The position numbers and the translations under genes are program-made. Positions 58,271 to 64,000 of a stretch of DNA of 64,000 bases are shown here, piece by piece; position 1 is the first letter of the stretch; every line of letters begins with the position of its first letter. Under the pieces are notes generated by a model. That model was not told where the DNA came from. It worked only from the letters and a program-made list of their open reading frames with translations, and made no database searches. The stretch comes from an uncultured Clostridia bacterium (GTDB taxonomy: Bacteria > Bacillota > Clostridia > TANB77 > CAG-508): positions 17,446 to 81,445 of the forward strand of contig CANPZY010000001.1 in NCBI GenBank assembly GCA_947588945.1. The letters run 5' to 3'.

Positions 58271-58299
58271 ATTATACCATAAATTCAATATACTTTCAA
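58271..58299 (-). promoter_or_regulatory. Near-consensus sigma-A promoter for the GC-rich gene
   Basis: TTGAAA, a 17-nt spacer, then TATAAT with an extended -10 TG (TGgTATAAT). Confidence 0.6.
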
Positions 58300-58352
58300 G
58301 TATTTTTAAAATATTTAACATTTTTTTCCATGACGATTTTTTCCATTTTTTA

Positions 58353-59201
58353 TTATTTTTTTGCATATACAAATTTTTTCATGCTAAATGTAACAAAATA
58401 GATAATTCCAGATATAATTACAATCATTGGTCCTGTAGGAATATTAGTATAATACGATATAATTAATCCACAAATTCCTGATATTAAAGCAAATATTACT
58501 GAGCAAGCATGATAACTTCTCATATCTTTTGCTATATTTCTACTTGATGCAGCAGGTAAAATTAACATTGAATTTATAAGTAATATACCGATCCATCTAA
58601 TTGAAATCATTACAATTATAGCAATAGAGATTGCAAAAACATTATCAATTAATTTTGCATTTATCCCTTTACTTTTTGCTAAAACCGGATTTATACTTAC
58701 TGCATTTAATTTATTAAATAATTTTATCCAGAATATTCCCACTAAAATAAATGCGACAACTAAATATATTATTTCAGTTACAGATATACTCAAAATATCT
58801 CCTATTAAATAACTTGAATACTTATTAAAACTTCCACTCTGTGCTAGTATTGCAAGTCCTAACGCAATGGCAATAGAAGAAAATACACTAATTATAGTAT
58901 CTGCACCATAACTAGTTTTATTTTTAACTAAATTTAATAATAGAGCAAAAATTATTGCAAATATTATCATAGATAAGTTCATATTGCTAATTCCTAATAA
59001 TGTACCAATAGCTATTCCTGTTAATGCAGAATGTCCAAGTGCATCTGAAAAAAAAGCCATTTTATTATTAACAATCATTGTTCCTAATACTGCAAATATT
59101 GGTGATACTAATATTATAGCTAAAAAAGCATTTTTCATAAATGTATATTGCATAAACTCAAAAGGTAATATAGTTTCTAAAATATTATATATTACATTCA
59201 T
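58353..59201 (-). CDS. Metal (Zn/Mn-type) ABC transporter permease
   Basis: 282 aa, about 8 TM segments, ZnuB/TroCD-like. Last gene of a three-gene ABC operon. Confidence 0.85.
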   Translation of the reverse strand: MNVIYNILETILPFEFMQYTFMKNAFLAIILVSPIFAVLGTMIVNNKMAFFSDALGHSALTGIAIGTLLGISNMNLSMIIFAIIFALLLNLVKNKTSYGADTIISVFSSIAIALGLAILAQSGSFNKYSSYLIGDILSISVTEIIYLVVAFILVGIFWIKLFNKLNAVSINPVLAKSKGINAKLIDNVFAISIAIIVMISIRWIGILLINSMLILPAASSRNIAKDMRSYHACSVIFALISGICGLIISYYTNIPTGPMIVIISGIIYFVTFSMKKFVYAKK

Positions 59202-59216
59202 TTCAATATTCCCCTT

Positions 59217-59939
59217 CTATATAATTCCAAAACTTTCTTTAAATTCTTTACTTGAAAATACTTCATCAGCACTTCCCTGTTTTTTCACTTCTTTATCTAA
59301 TAAAATAACTTTATCAGCATATTTTTTTACTAATTGTAAATCATGTGAAACTAAAATTATTGACATATCATATTTGTTTTTCAATTTTGATAAAATTTCA
59401 TAAAAATCTTTGGTTCCATTTACATCTATTCCAGATACTGGTTCATCTAGTATAAGTAAATTTGGAATTGGATAAGTTGCAATTGAAAGTAAAATTCTTT
59501 GAAGCTCTCCTCCTGAAAGATTCCCTATTCTATGATCAATTAATTTATCTGCCCCAAAAATTTTTAAACGTTTTTTTATTTCTTCATACAAATTTTTATT
59601 TTTGCTTAAAAATACTGGTTTATTTGAAATATATGAAGCAAACATATCATAAACACTAGTTGGCATATTTCTTTCTATATTAAGCGTTTGAGGAACATAG
59701 CCTATACTTATTTTTTCATTTTTACTTTTTTTCATATCAAAGAATTCCACTTTTCCTGTATGGTCTACTTCATTCAAAAGAGCTTTTAATAAAGTAGATT
59801 TACCCGCACCATTTTTTCCAATAATCATAGTAAGTTCACCACAATGTATATCAAATGTTACATCTTTAATTATGATTTGATTATCTATGTTTACTGATAT
59901 ATTTTCGATTTTTGTTAAGTGCAATCCACAAGCTTCCAT
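59217..59939 (-). CDS. Metal ABC transporter ATP-binding protein
   Basis: Walker A GKNGAGKST, signature LSGGELQR and Walker B LLILDEP. Confidence 0.9.
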   Translation of the reverse strand: MEACGLHLTKIENISVNIDNQIIIKDVTFDIHCGELTMIIGKNGAGKSTLLKALLNEVDHTGKVEFFDMKKSKNEKISIGYVPQTLNIERNMPTSVYDMFASYISNKPVFLSKNKNLYEEIKKRLKIFGADKLIDHRIGNLSGGELQRILLSIATYPIPNLLILDEPVSGIDVNGTKDFYEILSKLKNKYDMSIILVSHDLQLVKKYADKVILLDKEVKKQGSADEVFSSKEFKESFGII

Positions 59940-59962
59940 CTTAAATTCTATTCCTTTCTAAC

Positions 59963-60892
59963 TTACAAATATTTAATATTTTTTAGAATTTCTATATTTT
60001 CTTTCATAATATTTATATAATCATCCTTACTGCCATTTCCATTCATTTCAGAATTCAAAACATATACCCTAGCTCCAGTTTCATTTTCTAATATTTTAGC
60101 AGTTTTTGTATCATCATCTTTATCAATAAATATAACCTTTATATTTTCTCTTTTCATTTTATCAATAATATTTCCTAAAACTTTTGCAGATAAAACAGAT
60201 TGTTCATGGTCAGTCTCTATCGAAGTTACCTCTATTGATGCATCTTTTAACAAATATTCTAAAGATTCATTTAAACATATAGCCTTTTTATCTTTTATAT
60301 TATTTATAACTTCATAATCAGGTTTTAATTCTTCTAACTTTTCTATATAATCATTGCTATTTTTTGAATATACTTCCATATTTTCAGGATTCATTTTTTC
60401 TAACTTTTCTGTTATAGTTCTTATTTGCATAATGTAATTTTCAATGCTAAGCCATACATGTGGATTAATCTCATCATCTTCTTCAATAAAATTAGATATA
60501 TTTTCACTGCTTTCTATAATTTCTACTTTTGGATATATAGATATTATTTTTTCTGTGAAATTCTCTAAATTTCTTCCATTCTCAATAAAGACATTTGCTT
60601 TTTCAAATTTCTTTAAATCTGTTGTTGATATTGTATAATCATGAATACAGCCTGTAAATTTTTCTGCCATGTTGCTAACTTCTACATTATTTGCATCATT
60701 TGTAATATTTTGAACCATTATATATAATGGATAAAATGATGTTAAAATTCTAAATTTATCATCTTTCTCTTCATTATTCTTTTTTAAATTTCCAACAATA
60801 ATCAATATTATTAAAAATATAATTATTATTGAAATAAAACATAATTTAAAAAAATTATTTTTCTTTAAATTTAAGTTAAAATTACGTTCCAT
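59963..60892 (-). CDS. Metal ABC transporter substrate-binding protein (ZnuA/TroA family)
   Basis: 309 aa with an N-terminal anchor, plus FYPLY..., HDY and NPHVWLS motifs typical of cluster A-I SBPs. Confidence 0.85.
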   Translation of the reverse strand: MERNFNLNLKKNNFFKLCFISIIIIFLIILIIVGNLKKNNEEKDDKFRILTSFYPLYIMVQNITNDANNVEVSNMAEKFTGCIHDYTISTTDLKKFEKANVFIENGRNLENFTEKIISIYPKVEIIESSENISNFIEEDDEINPHVWLSIENYIMQIRTITEKLEKMNPENMEVYSKNSNDYIEKLEELKPDYEVINNIKDKKAICLNESLEYLLKDASIEVTSIETDHEQSVLSAKVLGNIIDKMKRENIKVIFIDKDDDTKTAKILENETGARVYVLNSEMNGNGSKDDYINIMKENIEILKNIKYL

Positions 60893-60907
60893 TTCTTATA
60901 TTCCTCG

Positions 60908-60926
60908 TTATAATATGTCATTATAA
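60908..60926. promoter_or_regulatory. Palindrome TTATAAT-N5-ATTATAA upstream of the metal ABC operon
   Basis: Perfect 7-5-7 inverted repeat 16 nt upstream of the SBP start codon. The half-sites resemble Fur-family TGATAAT half-sites, but the spacing differs. Confidence 0.3.
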
Positions 60927-60952
60927 AATACTTTTAGAAAATTACATAAATA

Positions 60953-60992
60953 TACAAAAAAACTGTAATCATTAAAAATACGATTACAGCTT
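60953..60992 (-). terminator. Terminator after rpsR
   Basis: The minus strand reads CTGTAATC-gtatttttaat-GATTACAG followed by T7. Confidence 0.6.
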
Positions 60993-61006
60993 TTACGTTT
61001 TTAAGA

Positions 61007-61279
61007 TTAATCTTGTGAATATGGTAACATTGCAATATGTCTACATCTATTAACAGCTGTAGTTATATCTCTTTGATGTTTTGCACATGCACCTGTAGTT
61101 CTTCTTGGTTGTATTTTTCCTCTTTCATTAATAAACTTTTTAAGTTGTTCTGGATTTTTATAATCAAGAACTAAATTTTTATCACTGCATAATGGACATG
61201 CTTTTTTTCTAATTTTTCTAATTTTATAGTCATCATCATAATCTTTATTATTTCTTTTATTATTTTTTTTGTCTGCCAT
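61007..61279 (-). CDS. rpsR: 30S ribosomal protein S18
   Basis: 90 aa with CPLC...DYKN...[18 protein letters not shown]...KHQR. Confidence 0.93.
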   Translation of the reverse strand: MADKKNNKRNNKDYDDDYKIRKIRKKACPLCSDKNLVLDYKNPEQLKKFINERGKIQPRRTTGACAKHQRDITTAVNRCRHIAMLPYSQD

Positions 61280-61304
61280 GATTTTACCTCCTTTTTTTAT
61301 TTAA

Positions 61305-61739
61305 TTAAAATGGTAGGTCATCTCCTGATGAAACTTCAAAATCTGAAGTATCTCCTTCATTATTTCCACTAGTTTGTGGTGCCCCGAATGTATCTTCAAA
61401 ATTGCTTGAATCATCTGACCTTTTACTATCAGCAAAATATACTTCTTCTGCAACTACATCTGTTGCATATCTTCTTTGTCCTTGTTGATCTTCCCAACTT
61501 CTTGTTTGGATTCTACCAACAACAGCAACTTGTTGTCCTTTCTTAAAATATTTGCTAACAAATTCTCCTGTTTTTGCCCAAGCTGAAACATTAATAAAAT
61601 CAGCTGTTTGGCTTTCTCCTTCTTTAGCAAATCTTCTATTAACAGCTAATGAAAAAGAAGCAACTAGAGTATTATTTGTTTGTGTATATCTAACTTCTGG
61701 ATCTCTTGTTAATCTACCCATTAAAATAACTTTGTTCAT
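61305..61739 (-). CDS. ssb: Single-stranded DNA-binding protein
   Basis: OB fold MNKVILMGRLTRDPEVRYT and acidic tail ending DDLPF. Preferred ATG at 61739. Confidence 0.93.
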   Translation of the reverse strand: MNKVILMGRLTRDPEVRYTQTNNTLVASFSLAVNRRFAKEGESQTADFINVSAWAKTGEFVSKYFKKGQQVAVVGRIQTRSWEDQQGQRRYATDVVAEEVYFADSKRSDDSSNFEDTFGAPQTSGNNEGDTSDFEVSSGDDLPF

Positions 61740-61788
61740 ATTTAGTACCTTACCTTTCTTAAAAAATAAAGCCCCTACATTTAAAATC

Positions 61789-62073
61789 TTATTCTTCTTC
61801 TCTAACAACGATGAATTTTATTATTTCGTCTGTAATTCTGTAATTTCTTTCTAATTCTGCAATTAGTGCTGGCTCTGCCTCAAAATATAAAGTAACATAG
61901 ATACCTTCTTTGTTTTTCTTTATATCATAAGCAAGCTTTTTCTTACCTAATTCATCAATTTTAGTAACATTACCATTTTTATTAATCAAATTTGTAAATG
62001 TTTCTTCTAGTTTTTTAACTTTTTCTTCATCTACATTTGGATTAATAATGATAACACTTTCGTATTTATTCAT
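61789..62073 (-). CDS. rpsF: 30S ribosomal protein S6
   Basis: MNKYESVIIINPN... with RBS GGAGGTGA. The ORF-track start at 62181 is an upstream over-extension. Confidence 0.92.
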   Translation of the reverse strand: MNKYESVIIINPNVDEEKVKKLEETFTNLINKNGNVTKIDELGKKKLAYDIKKNKEGIYVTLYFEAEPALIAELERNYRITDEIIKFIVVREEE

Positions 62074-62152
62074 TATCTTCACCTCCTTCTGGGTATTAAG
62101 CCTATCTCCTAACAGATAAGCAAGGATACTTGTAATTTTTACAAGCATTATT

Positions 62153-62181
62153 ATTGTAACATAAAAAGCCTTGCATTGCAA
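62153..62181 (-). promoter_or_regulatory. Near-consensus sigma-A promoter of rpsF-ssb-rpsR
   Basis: TTGCAA (62176-62181), a 17-nt spacer, then TACAAT (62153-62158). Confidence 0.6.
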
Positions 62182-62272
62182 GACTTTTTTGTAAATTATC
62201 TTTTAAAACTGGAATTTAAATTTTCACTTCACGATAAAATTTTTCTATTTAAACAATTTTTTAACCATAATT

Positions 62273-63853
62273 TTAAATATATTCTTTTAATTTTTTACTT
62301 CTACTAGGATGTCTTAATTTTCTTAAAGCTTTTGCTTCAATTTGTCTAATTCTTTCACGAGTAACATTAAATTGTTTACCAACTTCTTCTAAAGTTCTAG
62401 CTTTTCCATCATCTAATCCAAATCTAAGTCTTAAAACCTTTGCTTCTCTTGGTGTAAGTGTTTTCATAACTTCATCTAATTGTTCTTTAAGCATTGTATA
62501 AGATGCTGCGTCCTGTGGAGATGGTGAATCATCATCTTGTATAAAATCTCCTAAGTGGCTATCATCTTCTTCTCCTATTGGAGTTTCAAGCGAAACAGGA
62601 TCTTGTGCTATTTTTTGTATTTCTAGCACTTTTTCAACAGGTATTTCCATGTCAGTTGCAATTTCCTCTGGTGTAGGTTCCCTACCATTTAATTGTAATA
62701 AATGTCTTGAAGTACGTATTAATTTATTAATCGTTTCTACCATGTGAACTGGAATTCTTATTGTTCTTGCTTGATCTGCAATCGCTCTAGTAATAGCTTG
62801 TCTAATCCACCAAGTCGCATAAGTACTAAATTTAAATCCTTTTGTGTAATCAAATTTATCTACTGCTTTAATTAGTCCCATATTTCCCTCTTGAATTAAA
62901 TCAAGAAATAACATTCCTCTGCCAACATATTTTTTTGCAATACTAACAACTAATCTTAAATTCGATTCTGTTAATTTCTTTTTTGCTTCTTCGTCTCCTT
63001 CAAGTATTTTTTTTGCACATTCTAATTCTTCATCATAAGTCAATAATGGGATTTTTCCTATCTCCCTAAGATACATTCTAACTGGATCATCTATGCTAAT
63101 TCCATCCATGTTATTCATATCAAGGTCTTCAATTGATATGTCTTCAACTTCTTCTAAATCCTCTGCATCTGGTTCAATATCATCATCTTCATCACCAGAT
63201 ACGTTAACTCCCATCTGTTCAAATATATCAAATACTTTTTCTACTTGACTTGAATTTATATTACCAAGTTGAGTTGCAAGATCAGCATAAGTGATTTTTC
63301 CTTTATTTTTTAATTGAGAAATTACCTTTTTAATTTTTTCCGTTTCTTCTAAATCTTTTTTCTTTTCATTATCTAACCCATTATTTGCTTTATCATTAGA
63401 TTCATTTTCTTGTTTATTTTCAACAATTTCTTCTTCTACTTCATTTTTTATTTCTTTATTATCTTTTTTAGCTTTCGTTTCTTTAACACTCTTTTCATTA
63501 TTATCTTCTTTTTTGTCATTAGATTTATCTACTTTTTCATTTTTTAAATTTTCTTTTTTAGTAACTTCTTTTTTAGGTAATTTTTCATTTTTGGATTTTT
63601 TATTACTAACTACAGCTGTTTCTTTGACTTTTACAACTTCCTTTTTATTATTAGCTTTTTTACTATTTGATTTTTTTTCTTCTTTTTTGCTTGCCAAAGT
63701 ATCAGCACTACTTTTCTTTTTTAGTGCTTTTTCTTCTTTTTTATCTCTTGCTAAAATTCTTTTTGCTGCTTCTTTTTCTTCTTTCTTCTTTTTAGCAATA
63801 CGAGCATTATCAATTAAATTTATGACATCTTTTACATTATCTGATTTTTTCAT
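62273..63853 (-). CDS. rpoD: Primary sigma factor RpoD/SigA with a long K/E-rich N-terminal region
   Basis: 526 aa. Region 2 [27 protein letters not shown] and region 4 [19 protein letters not shown]. Confidence 0.95.
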   Translation of the reverse strand: MKKSDNVKDVINLIDNARIAKKKKEEKEAAKRILARDKKEEKALKKKSSADTLASKKEEKKSNSKKANNKKEVVKVKETAVVSNKKSKNEKLPKKEVTKKENLKNEKVDKSNDKKEDNNEKSVKETKAKKDNKEIKNEVEEEIVENKQENESNDKANNGLDNEKKKDLEETEKIKKVISQLKNKGKITYADLATQLGNINSSQVEKVFDIFEQMGVNVSGDEDDDIEPDAEDLEEVEDISIEDLDMNNMDGISIDDPVRMYLREIGKIPLLTYDEELECAKKILEGDEEAKKKLTESNLRLVVSIAKKYVGRGMLFLDLIQEGNMGLIKAVDKFDYTKGFKFSTYATWWIRQAITRAIADQARTIRIPVHMVETINKLIRTSRHLLQLNGREPTPEEIATDMEIPVEKVLEIQKIAQDPVSLETPIGEEDDSHLGDFIQDDDSPSPQDAASYTMLKEQLDEVMKTLTPREAKVLRLRFGLDDGKARTLEEVGKQFNVTRERIRQIEAKALRKLRHPSRSKKLKEYI

Positions 63854-63902
63854 TTTAATCTTATTCCTTCCTAAGATTTTTAAATATTTTCTGTATTGTT
63901 AA

Positions 63903-64000
63903 TTAATGCTTGCTATCAATAATTATTTTATTTAATTCTTCTTCTAATTTTTTAATCTGTTCTGAATCAAGATTACCTCTATTATCTAATAAACTAATTA
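63903..64000 (-). CDS. 3' end of an ORF running off the window (possibly dnaG, by synteny with rpoD)
   Basis: An open frame from the window edge to the TAA at 63903-63905 (...LLDNRGNLDSEQIKKLEEELNKIIIDSKH*). The product is assigned only from the conserved dnaG-rpoD gene order. Confidence 0.3.
   Translation of the reverse strand, partial: ISLLDNRGNLDSEQIKKLEEELNKIIIDSKH

Noticed and set aside
62273-63853. Long K/E-rich N-terminal expansion of RpoD, and similar basic or low-complexity extensions on RNase J, FtsW, TopA and SpoIIAB
   Set aside because: These are probably compositional drift in a very AT-rich genome (AAA/GAA codons). There is no repeat structure or domain signature to suggest a separate function.

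Overview
This looks like a chromosomal segment from a very AT-rich, endospore-forming Firmicute (Clostridia-like). Most of it is housekeeping and sporulation genes, mainly on the minus strand. The sporulation genes include yunB, veg, spoIIQ-like, spoIID, and the sigF/spoIIAB/spoIIAA operon. The DNA and RNA genes are yraN-dprA-comM, trmB, uvrC, glmS, nth, bofA, serS, engB, gltX, rnj and topA. There is also a rearranged dcw cell-wall cluster (murG, ftsW/spoVE, mraY, murE ... ftsL, rsmH, mraZ), a Zn-type ABC transporter, rpsF-ssb-rpsR and rpoD. I saw no rRNA, tRNA, CRISPR array, transposase or integrase.

Observations that the gene list does not explain:
1. A roughly 80-nt GC-rich element occurs in four copies, each nested in the loop of a long AT-rich hairpin just after a stop codon. 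It has an invariant 16-mer and helices that covary between copies, and its orientation follows the upstream gene. It is a candidate novel structured 3'-UTR or terminator element.
2. Four genes carry apparent +1 frameshifts: spoIID, comM, a TPM-domain gene, and the essential murE. Two of the junctions share the octamer CGGAAAAA.
3. AT-rich tandem-repeat arrays fill intergenic gaps in the dcw cluster, including about 316 bp of 43-44-bp units between mraZ and rsmH.
4. About 7.4 kb of accessory and inverted genes sit inside the dcw cluster: an orphan AgrC-like kinase, two glycosyltransferases, a sortase B with a TPKTG substrate, and an inverted PBP gene.
5. A 1282-aa thioester-domain/DUF11-repeat adhesin lies next to an Ig-repeat membrane protein and a response regulator with a GGDDF motif.
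6. A compact GC-rich single-gene cassette carries its own consensus promoter and terminator.
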